From Laetmonice hystrix (Eukaryota): a DNA stretch of 64,000 nucleotides. The stretch spans positions 24,182,001-24,246,000 of the forward strand of contig OZ249436.1 in NCBI GenBank assembly GCA_965235115.1. Reading direction: 5' to 3'. Below the pieces are notes generated by a model, which ran no database searches, was not told the DNA's origin, and worked only from the letters and a program-made list of their open reading frames with translations. Below, piece after piece: positions 51,298-63,662 of this stretch. Every line of letters begins with the position of its first letter. Position 1 is the first letter of the stretch. The position numbers were made by a program, and so were the translations under genes.

Positions 51298-52078
51298 TAT
51301 TAACTATTTGAGCACCAATTGTGTTCAAATTTTTTTTAAATTGCTTAGGATATCACGGCCTGTGTGCTTTGCCTGTACACACTGGCGGTGGTCTTTTCTT
51401 TTAATGATGACGAATAGACATACAGTAAGGCAAAATAAAAAGAGATCGCTTATTGCTTGCATAGGCGTATCTTATTCTATCACACAATTAGAGGAAAGTG
51501 AAGTTCCCTTTCTGGACTCACTGAACTCATCTATAGGTATTTTTCACTAACTAGGCCTACCGGCAATTGCAGTTTATTCCAGACTTCATGGGAATCCAAT
51601 ATGGTATTTAGTACCGGGTATATAGACAGATGTGCTACATTTTTAGAGTAAAATATACCAATTTTTTCAAACTTTTCCAATCTTTATGTGTCCAACTTGT
51701 TCATATCATCAAAATACCCCTCTCAATCGATTCCCCATGCCCAAATTAGTCAGAAAAATGGGGCCATTTGTCTCTGTATGTTGTCTGGTTCAAACGTTAT
51801 GCTGATCATCAGTTTTCGTTGGAAATCCAAGATGGCTGCCAAGATGGCTGCCAAACGGACCCCATGGGACAATATTTCGCAATGGGAACATCAAAATTCG
51901 TTTATTAGACACTCTGAGGAATACAAAAAAGTAAGTTAGAAAAAAATATCATTGGGGTGCATGGGGACCCCATTTTCCTCCTCGACTGGATAATAATAAT
52001 AGTGTACACCCTAACCGTACAATTTCAGGATCCTCAGTCGGAGGAACGGGATAATCAGAGAAACATATGGTTACTCAC

Positions 52079-52156
52079 TTTGTCTACAGTGCGTTCAATC
52101 GTTATAACAATTGGTGTTGTGGCACACCCCACAGGGGCCGACAGAAAAGAAGACAT
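52079..52156 (-). CDS. Candidate alternative first coding exon of MCTP
   Basis: ATG-MSSFLSAPVGCATTPIVITIERTVDK followed by a phase-0 GTGAGT donor, in a short unique island between TEs; would splice in frame to exon 28046-28154. Confidence 0.4.
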
Positions 52157-52351
52157 GTAATGTTGTACAATATAAAAGAAAAATAGGTTCGAATTCCAAG
52201 GCAATAGAACATAACCTTCATTGGTGGTTGTACTTTAAGTATAGCCAGTCAGTATTTCTATTTATAATTTATATTTTCCCATGGAACGGATTAAGCATGT
52301 ATATGTTAAATGTTTCTTTTTCTCGTGGCCCACAATTGGTGTCCAAGCGAT

Positions 52352-53001
52352 ATATATACACAGGAACGACCGAGTGTGTGATACGGGATTCTGTATCAGA
52401 CGAGGCGGCAAGCACGGAGTAATATCAGCACGAGTGCGAAGCACGAGTGCTGATGTGAATCTCCGCGCTTGCCACCGAGTCTGATACAGAATCCCGTTAT
52501 CACACACGAGTTTGTTCCTGTATTTATTAGACCTTTTCCATATGTTAATTAATGGTAATATATTTAAGTTGGATTAATTGTTTCTAACTTAGTGAAAATG
52601 CGCTGTATTGGCGGCTATTTTATGTGACGCCGGGACATAACTATGACGATGAATTATGCCGCAGGTCATTTTGACGACATCGTTCATGGTAACAATTCAA
52701 CAAAAGGATTGTGACGTAAGGTAACAGTGGAACAAATGAATTGTGATGTAGGTATTAAAGCACGCAGTCTCCGTTCATTGGTGGAAAAATGAGGTTGGAC
52801 AATATCTGGGTCAGTAAACAGTGGTGATACAGGATTTAAAGTAGGCCAAACACGAGTCACATGGTACAAATGCCGGATGTCTATTGGTACAAAACTGGGT
52901 CGAACTATTTTTGGGTCAGTGGACAGGGGTAATACAGATATTTTTATTACACTAGTAGCTCAGCCAATCAGCGCTCGTTATTTCGTGCAAAGGTATAATA
53001 A
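52352..53001. mobile_element. Palindrome-headed non-autonomous element (Crypton-like, tentative), copy 2
   Basis: Same structure and sequence as 38040-38687. Confidence 0.7.
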
Positions 53002-53517
53002 ATGGCAATGGCTGCTGCCAAAGTACCAATCAAAATACAGTATTTGTACTTTGGCAGCAACAAGCCAGGGTAATTGCTGCCAAAGTACCAATGGGCGACT
53101 GGCTTACAAACTGCTTGTTGCCTGATCCCTGCCCCTGGGTTGCCACATTACCTTTGATTACTTGCACTGTAACCATAAACTTTACCATTTATGGCAAAGA
53201 GACTGATCAATTTGGTAAAAATAAAATTGATTTATTGATGAGTGTCGTCATTCTTGTTAATTCAAAATGCAGATGCACTCGTGAGAGGAGTGGCACTCCA
53301 TCACTCACGCAGCTCCACATACCAGACTACCGCCAACATACGTACCAGCAGTTCTTGGCCGAACCATTCAAATGACTGTGGAGCGAGGGACTGCACCGCA
53401 TCAGATCTGGCCGCGCCAAAAAAATCCAGTGCGACAATTGTCATGTCTGGTTTCATTATCAATGAGAACAACTTAGACAATGGAAACCAAAGCTGACAAC
53501 ATCGGTTAACAAATTGT

Positions 53518-54486
53518 TACTGTGGCAGCAAGGGGCGGGGGGTTAGGCTTATTGCCAAGGTACTGTGGCAGCAAGGGCCAGGGGGTTAGGCTGCATTGTT
53601 ATTGCCAAAGTACTGTGGCAGCAATAGGCAGGGGGTTCGGCTGCATTGTTATTGCCAAAGTACTGTGGCAGCAAGGGGCAGGGGGTTAGGCTGCATTGTT
53701 ATTGCCAAAGTAATGTGGCAGCAAGGGGCAGGGCGTTAGGCTGCATTGTTATTGCCAAAGTACTGTGGCAGCAAGGGGTAGGGGGTTAGACTGCATTGTT
53801 ATTGCCAAAGTAATGTGGCAGCAAGGGGCAGGGCGTTAGGCTGCATTGTTATTGCCAAGGTACTGTGGCAGCAAGGGGTAGGGGGTTAGGCTGCATTGTT
53901 ATTGCCAAGGTACTGTGGCAGCAAGGGGTAGGGCGTTAGGCTGCATTGTTATTGCCAAAGTAATGGTGCAGCAAGGGGTAGGGGGTTACGCTGCATTGTT
54001 ATTGCCAAGGTACTGTGGCAGCAAGGGGTAGGGGGTTAGGCTGCATTGTTATTGCCAAGGTACTGTGGCAGCAAGGGGTAGAGGGTTAGACTGCATTGTT
54101 ATTGCCAAGGTACTGTGGCAGCAAGGGGTAGGGCGTTAGGCTGCATTGTTATTGCCAAAGTAATGGTGCAGCAAGGGGTAGGGGGTTAGGCTGCATTGTT
54201 ATTGCCAAAGTACTGTGGTAGCAAGAGGTAGGGAGTTAGGCTGCATTGTTATTGCCAAAGTACTGTGGCAGCAAGGGGCATGGGGTTAGGCTGCATTGTT
54301 ATTGCCAAAATACTGTGGCAGCAAGGGGCAGGACGTTAGGCTGTATTGTTATTGCCAAAGTACTGTGGTAGCAAGGGGTAGGGCTTAAGGCTGCATTGTT
54401 ATTGCCAAAGTACTGTGGCAGCAAGGGGCAAGGCATTAGGCTGCATTGTTATTGCCAAAGTACTGTGGCAGCAAGGGGTAGGGCGT
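53518..54486. repeat. 50-bp G-rich minisatellite, ~19 copies
   Basis: Unit tactgtggcagcaaggggtagggggttaggctgcattgttattgccaaag. Confidence 0.98.
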
Positions 54487-55154
54487 ATCATAATCACATC
54501 TGTAATAGCTAAGGTCTGGCCTTGTTGCACCCCTGTAACAATCATGGCAAAATGATTTTAACTTCGCTCTGAGTTACCGTTAATCATGTCAAATAATGTA
54601 GAAATGAACTAACCTTATCCCCTCTGGGATCCGTATGTCTTGTCTTCCTGGGTGTTTTTGTGGATACGTCTTCACAGTTTCTGAGGCGTATATGATAAAC
54701 AACATTCTGACCCTGCTTGTACTGGTCAAATGCCTCAGAAAAGCTATGGTCCGTCGGAAACGTGTCACCCAGCTTCATTATAGCAGGACTATATATAGTC
54801 AAGATGGCACCTCCTGGTCCTAGTCTTGGCGCCAAAAAATCTAGGTCATATGTAACAAAGCTTTTGATTGGTACTTTGACAATAGCGTTTTGGTCGTCTT
54901 CCACCCAAAGTACTTTGACAGTAGACACTCCGATAATAAATATATATATATTTTATACCAATGTCAAATCCGTTGGTATTTTATTCCTAGGCGAGATACT
55001 TGTTTAAGTTTCTCAGCGAGATAGTTACATTGTATTAAGTCTTATACCATGAATCCATGTCAGTCTTTTACCAAAGAGCCATTGAGGCATACTCTTTTTT
55101 TATTTTTAGGCGTGTAATTGTAGTAGATTTTAAGTTTGATCCCGGAGGATCCAG

Positions 55155-55357
55155 GGGCCCATTTCACTAACGGTGACATCCCCGCGACATCCCCGATTTA
55201 GGGACATCCCTACTCAAAGTGTTCCACTAACATGTCCCTCCCTGGGGACATCCCCAATTCAGGCAATGTTAATTTCGAGGACATTTTAGTGAAACGGGAT
55301 GTCTCTGAATCGTGGATGTCCCCACTTGGGGATGTCCTCGCTTAGTGAAACAGGCCC
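55155..55357. mobile_element. PIF/Harbinger-type MITE
   Basis: TIR gggcc..tttcactaa / ttagtgaaacaggccc flanked by CAG/CTG; internal gacatccc repeats. Confidence 0.75.
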
Positions 55358-57884
55358 CTGGGAGGGGATGATGTCATGGCCAGGTTTCCCCCGCGCCATG
55401 ACAGTTCTATTTGTAATCTTAGGGATGGGACGTCCGTGCCCGTTTTATTACTTTGCCCCCATAAAACTGTCAATCAGTATTCACCCCCACTTTTATATGT
55501 AAGGGCTATGGTGGTTGGCTACAACTGTAGCCCCCAGTTTCTATATACATGTATACATATGTAGCCCTGTATGTCGACAGTCTTGGGAGAGTCTTGAAGA
55601 GAGAATAAAATAACATCCTGGAAGAACAGAGTTGTCAGTTTGTCACAACCGTAAAACATAGTCGCGACAGTAGATGCAGTCCCACAGCTACTACGTGCTC
55701 GTATTTTGGTTTGGTCCAATCAGAGCTGAGATAAATCATCAAGACCATCCGTCAAACGGAGCAAGCAGAATTGCTGGTGGAAAAAATATATAGAAATCTG
55801 TGGGAAACGGGGCGGGGCTTGGTTCGGTTAGCTCCGCTGTAAGAAGAGCAATGAAGGAAAGACTTAAAAACTCACAGTATGTTGACGGTGTGGCAAAATC
55901 AAATAATAAAGGTAGGTCTAAGAAAGATATCAGAATCTACCAAATTTGCGAAAATAGAGTGCCCGTTTTCTGATTTTTACGGGGAATGGCGGTTGGTAGA
56001 ATTCCGCTACATGAGGAAAGAGTTGCATCCCTGATGTACCAAACAATTCCTTAGAGCATAAGCAAATTTGTGTTTTATGTAGGAAGCCTGATACTATGGG
56101 AGTTACGTGACCGTGTTCGGCCACAAACTGTCAAAAGTTTGACAGAATTGCACAATCCAATGTTTACACATAACAATTTGTAACGCTATTAGAACTTGCC
56201 TGGACTGGGGCACATCCACACAAGGACAGGACCGGACAAGTCTGTTGTGTCGTGACCATCTAGCCATCAGATCCTGGTGGCAGCAGGTGAAACTTCTGCA
56301 CCAACACACATGATGCGTCACATGATGTTGTGAGGCCTTCTAATGGGGTACTCTCAGAACTAATCCGACAGGTGGCGCTGTCAGGAGCTACGCCATGCAG
56401 TAGGCCTGGCTAGGCTTGGCTCAGTAACATTGATACAAATAATGGTTTTTAAAATTTTTGTCATCTTTTAAATTAGGTATCTTTTGATGTCGAAAACAAA
56501 AGAGACATATGTCTGCACTTTTCACGATGTCTGAATATTACAAACGACCCGAAAGAAGTGTAATCGTGGCTTGATGGCAGCCACCCTATCCTTTACAATA
56601 GCAACCTTGTTTTTGGATGGCTTAGTTGGTGGAAGCGCCACCTTCCGAGTGTTTTGGCGTATAGTACCACATTGGTTGTCTCCGTTGCAGACTCTCACAG
56701 ACTTAAAACAGGGGCACATACATACAGAGACTGCCACGAACAGGACAGGATGTCTGAGACAGTCTGCTCAAGTTTTCAGACACTGTCAGAAAATTCATGA
56801 CAACTATGGACAGCTCTAGACAACAAGGCACTGGTGTCTCAAGGGTGCACACACAGAACGACAGTGACGGATGAGACTCGCAGAGGGGTCATTCCATGTG
56901 AAATCACCCAATTTTCAGACAAATCCCATAGTGATAGTCTTGGATTTGCTTCAAATTTTTTTGAAATGTTGCCTGTGGTGCCAAATGAAAATATGCCAAG
57001 TTTTATCTCATTATCATTTATAGTTTTTTTTTTATAGGGGGGGTCAAAAAAGTGGGCGTGGCTCCTTTTATCGCGACAAAAATGCTGCCGCCAGATTTAT
57101 TCCCATCTTTAACAAACCATAGCTCAGGAACTATCAAAGATATCAACTTGATTTTTTCAACATAGATCCTTCATCATGTACTCTCTTGTTGACAGGTGTC
57201 AAATTAAAATTTAATGAAGTAGGAGTCAAGCAATTATCTGCTACATTTAAGCATTTTTCTGACGAAAATAAAAAATCATAGGATGAATTGAGTTTAGTTG
57301 TTTCTAAATGATAGTACACCTAAAGGGCTTCCTACGGTAACAAAAGCAGTTACTTAAGATCAGTAGTTTTCTGGCAAGAATAGCATGTACCGGGTCTCAG
57401 CAGGAAAAAAAACCCCATTTGGGCCCCTTTTTTGAAGATGTGGGTATCCTTCGATTTTGATAATAATTATATCATCAGAAAGCCCTTGATGTGTACCATC
57501 AACATACCTATTTTCATTGTTAAAGATAGGCCTCAGTCGTTCTAGTTATAATTGTGCTCCAATCCTGAGAGCATGTACTATTTTTGTGGCAATTTTCAAT
57601 ATTTTACTTAATTGCGTTTCCGTGTGACACTGCATTTTCTACCCGTAACCAAGCAAAAGTGACAGGGCCTCGACTGAAACGCCATCTGGTGGATGTCATG
57701 GCCCATTACGTCACAACAGGAACTCGCCCACTGAACTGTCACAGACCACCGTCCATTATAAGCCTATCGCCTGGCACACAGCGAGTCGAGAAAGTGATAA
57801 GTATAGTGAGTTAGGTTCCGTTTTTAGTGAGGAGACGGATGTTCTCAACTGAAAATTGTTGAATGTTGACTTCCATTGGAAATA

Positions 57885-60301
57885 CAGTCAAACCTGGATA
57901 ATCCGACACTGGATAGTCCGACAAACTGAAGATCCGACACTAATTAGCATGAAACCAACTGTTGCCAGTACGTTTTGCTTGAAATATCCGACATATTGAA
58001 CTTCCGACTCCGACACCCGATTCCTATGACATAACATGCTAAACTAACTGTCAAAACACTCACTAATCCGACACCTTGCTTGGCAGGTCCGACAATAGTT
58101 ATCACTCAACTCCTGTATAAACGTGTGAGTCGCACCTCCTGCCCCACAGTCGCACCTCCCCCACCACACAGTCAGCCCTTCTAACACATGCTCCCTATAA
58201 CACCTCACATTAAAGCAGTCGGGCCCCACTTGTGAGCCTTTGAGGAACCGTCTCATTGTGTTTAATGCTCAGGCGTGAACTTTCATGTGCTTTTAAGTAA
58301 AGGAGATTGAGCGTGGCTCAATAGCCTGGTGATTTCACAGCTTTCCATGGTGTGACCTACAGGATGCATAAAAACTCAGCCTGTACAGGGAACTGACATC
58401 ACTTGCCAGTTGATCTGCTCGAAGAAACAACGTTCCTACTCCTCAGCATGTCTCAACCAGCCGCCAAACGTCGCCGTACTGAAATTTCTACCAAAGTAAA
58501 GCATCACATCTGCCAGTACAAGAAGGACCACCCTAAAGCTACCCAAAACGACATTGCCACGTCCGTCTTGAAGAACCACGGCATTACCATCGCCCGTAAC
58601 ACCATCAGCGACATCATTAAGCAATCCAACAAGTGGTTAGCAGCACCCGTCGACACCCTCAGCAGCAGCCGAGCCCATGATGGACGTGAACCCCTCCTCG
58701 AGTCAGCCCTCTACCTGTGGTTCTGTGATGTGCGGGCCAAGGGGGCCTTCATCAGCGACGACATCCTCATTGAGCGCGCCCGTTCCCTTGCCAGCAAACA
58801 ACCAGACCTCAAGGTGTCCACCACCTTCTGCTTCTCAAGAGGCTGGCTGGCCGGCTTCAAGACCCGACACAGCATCGCCAAATTTATCATGCATGGGGAA
58901 GCTAACAGCGTAGACAGGAAAGCAGTTGTCAGCGGTCGCCTCCAACTTAAGGAAGACCTCCAGTCCTTTAAACCTGAGGACGTCTACAACCTGGATGAAA
59001 CTGCCCTCTTTTACAAACTCCCACCAAACCACACCCTCGCCACCAGTGCTGTCCCTGGAACCAAACGCTCCAAAGAACGTGTTACCCTCGCCCTTTGCTG
59101 CAATGCTACCGGAACCGACAAGATTAAACCACTCCTCATCGCCAAAGCCAAACGCCCCCGCTGCTTTTCCAAGGGATACGACCCCAACCACTACGTCAGC
59201 TACCACAACAACTCCAAGGCCTGGATGAGAGGAGACATCTTTGAAGACTGGTGTCAGAAACTAAACCAGCACATGAAGAACGAGGGCCGCCATATCTGCC
59301 TTCTTATCGACAACGCGGCTTCCCACCCACACCTCACCTTCTCCAACGTCACCCTCACCTTCCTTCCACCCAACACCACCAGCCATATCCAACCCCTCGA
59401 TGCAGGAATCATCCGAACCTTTAAGGCCTACTACCGGAAACAACTCACCAGACACTTCCTCCAACAACTGGAAGATGACCTGACTCAGACTGTTGACCTT
59501 CGCCAAGCCATTAACCTCATCTCCACTGCCTGGAACAACGTCACCGCCACTACCATCATCAACTGCTTCAACCATGTTAACATCCTTCCAACGCCAGTCA
59601 TCGCCACATCCAACACCTCACCAACATCTGAAGTGGAATCTTTGGAGACAGACCTCTGCCACCTGCTACCTGAAGATTCCGTTCTCTCTGGCAAAGAGTA
59701 CGTCGATGTGGACAGCGGCATCGACACTGGGGAATCCCTGACTGACGAGGCCATCATCCGCTTAGTCGTTCCAGAACCCTCCACCTCCTGCCCGTCTCCT
59801 GATGAATCCTCACCTGACCCAGATGACCACGCCCCGTCTGACAAAGACTGTGCCCCACCCACGTCCGCCAAACAGATGAGACGCTACCTTTTAGGAGCCA
59901 TTAAGTTTTGTGAGGAGAACACCGCCCATTCAGCCCAGATCCCGTTCCTGTCATCTCTCATGATGTCAGTCAATGAAACCACTGCAAACAAGACTCGCCA
60001 ATCATGTATCACTGACTTCCTGACTTCCTAAACGATGTATAAATTTGTGCCTTCATTATTTTATGTACAATGTACATGTATAAAGTTACTACATTAAATA
60101 AATGAATTGACAATGTAGAATACACTTTTATTTTATTTTCAATACCGCTTTAAGTACCAGCTCACCTCCCACCCCCACCCCCACCCCCACCACAGTCCAC
60201 TCCATCTGACCCATCTGACCTAGATTCAGTAATCCGACATATTGAAGATCCGACACTTTATTAAAAAAAAACAACATGGTCGGATTATCCAGGTTTGACT
60301 G
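57885..60301 (+). mobile_element. Tigger/pogo DNA transposon, apparently intact
   Basis: Perfect 23-bp TIR cagtcaaacctggataatccgac; TA TSD; subterminal atccgaca repeats; uninterrupted ORF; AATAAA at ~60097. Confidence 0.97.
58448..60031 (+). CDS. Tigger/pogo (CENP-B HTH plus DDE_1) transposase, 527 aa
   Basis: First ATG at 58448; FSRGWLAGFK, NLDETALF, LIDNAASH, QPLDAGII (29 residues between D2 and D3); C-terminal QSCITDFL. Confidence 0.96.
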   Translation: MSQPAAKRRRTEISTKVKHHICQYKKDHPKATQNDIATSVLKNHGITIARNTISDIIKQSNKWLAAPVDTLSSSRAHDGREPLLESALYLWFCDVRAKGAFISDDILIERARSLASKQPDLKVSTTFCFSRGWLAGFKTRHSIAKFIMHGEANSVDRKAVVSGRLQLKEDLQSFKPEDVYNLDETALFYKLPPNHTLATSAVPGTKRSKERVTLALCCNATGTDKIKPLLIAKAKRPRCFSKGYDPNHYVSYHNNSKAWMRGDIFEDWCQKLNQHMKNEGRHICLLIDNAASHPHLTFSNVTLTFLPPNTTSHIQPLDAGIIRTFKAYYRKQLTRHFLQQLEDDLTQTVDLRQAINLISTAWNNVTATTIINCFNHVNILPTPVIATSNTSPTSEVESLETDLCHLLPEDSVLSGKEYVDVDSGIDTGESLTDEAIIRLVVPEPSTSCPSPDESSPDPDDHAPSDKDCAPPTSAKQMRRYLLGAIKFCEENTAHSAQIPFLSSLMMSVNETTANKTRQSCITDFLTS

Positions 60302-61411
60302 TATATAGGCCTACGGAGGCTACGGCAGGCTGCAGCCTGAATTTTTATCAGTGCCGGAGTGCAGCACTGACACACGCAATGGCGACTCCAACAGTAAACT
60401 GAGTGACAGTGGGACAGTGCTTGTGTCGAGTCTCGAGTCGATCAAAAATTTAACTGGCCCAGGTGGCCCTAAGCTTTATCCCGGCTATGTTGTTGCAGGT
60501 CGCAACACGCCAATTCAAAACCCCATGAAACAAAAAGTCAAAAGTAAAAACACTCCTAAACACGACAGCCTAGGCCTACGTACCGGATTAAAACTCCACA
60601 CTAGTAAACAAATACCCCTGCTTAATATCTAGTAAATTTTATTCGAATTGTCCGAAACATATAACTGTTTCTGTATAGATCTAGGCCTCGGCTTTCCTAG
60701 ACCCTTCTCCGATGTAGGCCTAGCGAAAGCCACGCTATGCACGGCCTGGCTACTGACGGCCAACCGGGCTGCAGTGCCGGTAGGCTGACGCTCTGTCAAA
60801 GCTTCGCGTTCAATCACATAGGCGGGGCGGGACAGCATCATTTTCTTCTTCTTTTTTAATATTTACTGAAATTACTCTTCAAAAACCTCCATGTCCGTGC
60901 TGCCCACATTTCTCTAGACTAGTCCGAGTGATGACGTGCTTCCACTGTCAACTAGTCTAGACTAGAGTAAGTCGAGTACTAACACTACCAGTCAGATTCA
61001 GGCTAAGGATAGGCCAGCTTCGGACTGTGCACTTGCTTGGGCAAAAGTTACAGAATAATTCCACCCTAAGACCTAAGTTTTTCCGAGGCCTGTGGCATTA
61101 TAGCTGACTTTGAGTTTTACCAGAAGAAAATAGATTATTCACAAGCACGAGTAAAATTTGCTTTGCTGTGGCGGACAATGCCTCTCTACGCCTAGGCCTA
61201 GCCCGACGTGTTCCTGTTGTGACGTCACAACTCTCATTTCTAAGCATCCCCAGCCAGAACTGGCAGAAGTAGGCCCTCTATTATACAGTGGTCTGACACA
61301 AATAACAATGCAGTCCACAGATACGAGCGTTTGGATAATGATTTTTGAAACATAAATCTTTGACATAGTAACAAGGAGAGTTTTAAAGAAATCACTGAGG
61401 CTACGCTTTAA

Positions 61412-61939
61412 ACTAGCACCCTTTCATCTTGAAAAAAATATTGATTTTAAAAATATTGACACATTTCTGACGTCATCATGCCCACCATGATCTTCTAAAG
61501 ATAATACTGAAAACACATTCCTATGCAAATTATTTTGATAATAATTATATCATCAGAAGGTGGTGTACTGCCACCATGCCTAATTTCAATCTGGAATCTG
61601 TCTGGTTGTCTGGCAACCCTGTAATTAGAATGTGCTCCCACTCTTTTGCCAGCTTCTGTGGATTGGCCTGCCATCTAGTGAAATATGAATAGTGCTGATC
61701 TAGCAGTGCATTGGAATTTTCTTTACAGGGTATCCTCAGACCTGACCTACGAAATGTCAAAATTTTAAAATACAGTAATTTTTTCCAAAATGAAGAGTAC
61801 TAGTTGCACACTGAAAATAGGCATATAGGAATGTGTTTTCAGTATTATCTTTAGAAGATCATGGTGGGCATGATGACGTCCGAAATGTGTCATTATTTTT
61901 AAAAATCAATATTTTTTTTCAAGATGAAAGGGTGCTAGT
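61412..61939. mobile_element. TTAA-targeting MITE (Kolobok-like)
   Basis: TTAA TSD; ~115-bp TIR actagcaccctttcatcttgaaaaaa; the empty site cattgttaaag is in the opposite arm (~57520). Confidence 0.85.
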
Positions 61940-62996
61940 TTAACAATGAAAATAGGTATGTTGATGGTACTCATCAAGGGCTTTCTGATTATATAATTAT
62001 TATCAAAATCGAAGGATACCCACATCTTCAAAAAAGGGGCCCAAATAGGGTTTTTTCCTGCTGAGACCCGGGACATGCTATTCTTACCAGAAAACTACTA
62101 ATCTTAAGTAACTGCTTTTGTTACTGTGGGAAGCCCTTTAGGTGTACTATCATTTAGAAACAACTAAACTCAATTCATCCTATGAGGTATGGGTGAAAAG
62201 CTGATCTGAAATGTGACGATTTTTCATTTTCGTCAGAAAAATGCTTAAATGTAGCAGATAATTGCTTGACTCCTACTTGATTAAATTTTAATCTGACACC
62301 TGTCAACAAGAGAGTACATGATGAAGGATCTATGTTGAAAAAATCAAGTTGATATCTTTGATAGTTCCTGAGCTATGGTTTGTTAAAGATGGGAATAAAT
62401 CTGTCGGCAGCATTTTTGTCGTGATAAAAGGAGCCACGCCCACTTTTTTGACCCCCTATTTAAAAAAAACTATAAATGATAATGAGGTAAAACTTGGCAT
62501 ATTTTCATTTGGCACCACAGGCAACATGCCAAAAAAATTTGAAGCAAATCTGAGACTATCACTACGGGAGCCCTGGGTGATTTCACATGGAATGACCCAG
62601 AGACTTGTCTTTAGGAGCTAAAGTGTGTTGCTATCTTTACATGCTGTGTATGCCGGGCTTAACTTACTTTCATTTGGCGTGATTGAAATTTGGCCTCTGG
62701 TTAAGGGGTTCTTAGGTTGGTTGGGAATTAGATTTGGATTTGATTTGTATGTCACGCCTTCGCAACAGCCAGTGTCATATCATATCAAGGGGGAGGGCAG
62801 TTTTTACTGTTGGACAAAACGCAGGAGTATCCTGGAGAAACCCACTGAAGGGAATTCAAATCTAAACCTATTGAGCCAATGGGCTTCCTCTCAAATTAGC
62901 ATTTATGCAATGACACCCCTGTTGAGAAGTAAAAGACATGTGATGAAACACAACAGTGTTAATTGCCCAACCAAATTTAGTAATACTGCCCAGTGA

Positions 62997-63235
62997 TGGC
63001 CCTGTCACACCTTGCCGGATAGCATAAACGGACGTGTGACGGAGAGAAACTTTGTCAAAATTAACCATCCAGTGGTAAAAGTCATCTCCGTTGCTACTCG
63101 TTGCCCTTAGGCGTTTCCCAGGATTGAACGGACCTCGCCTGACAAGGAAAGCATTTGGCGAACGAGAAACGGACAAGAAATGCATGCAAACGGAGATGAT
63201 CCGTTTATGCTATCTGGCAAGGTGTGACAGGGCCA
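62997..63235. mobile_element. PIF/Harbinger-type MITE
   Basis: TGA TSD; TIR tggccctgtcacaccttgcc.gatagcataaacgga. Confidence 0.88.
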
Positions 63236-63662
63236 TGAACGGCTGAAACAACATTTGGTATGTCTCAATTCCGCAGGGGGGGGAGGGTCCTGAAAATTAA
63301 ACTTGGGAAAGGTACCACACTTACAGTAGATGTAGTGAGCAAGTGATTCTTTGTCATCTGTCAGCAATCAGTGGCCAACTTGTGGCAAAGAATAGCAATG
63401 TTCTTATAATGCATCCATCTATCTCATATGATTGACATGGCTGAGCATCTTTGGGCATTTCCATAAGCAGATGAAAGGGGCCTTCCATTTCTCCTCCCTG
63501 GTTGCCTGGCACCGATGCAAGTGTCCTAAACATGTCCACACATGCCAATCACACGTTCTAAAAGTGGTGTACATAAGCTGTGACATTAAAAGTTTGACAT
63601 TTTCTAATCAAATGTTTATGACCAAACTGTTGTTAATTAAATAGGAAATCATTGGTACTCAC

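Larger units (their letters stand above)
46490..51992 (+). mobile_element. Academ transposon, deletion derivative
   Basis: ~330-bp TIRs (46490-46820 vs 51660-51992); transposase N-terminal remnants (GYHRGCYQSFT, CVFC, DLFAREANFHQSC) and C-terminal remnant (LPPCRDSLVPHIYRVN..GW..PVW); catalytic core absent. Confidence 0.82.
56886..62598. mobile_element. Sola2-like non-autonomous element with >600-bp TIRs, hosting the Tigger and a TTAA MITE
   Basis: Termini GGGTCATTCCATGTGAAATCACCCA in inverted orientation; 4-bp TSD AGAG (56882-56885, 62599-62602); arms 56886-57540 vs ~61390-62598. Confidence 0.8.

Noticed and set aside
53518..54486. CRISPR array or telomeric repeat
   Set aside because: Pure 50-bp tandem units without spacers; only one ttagg per unit.
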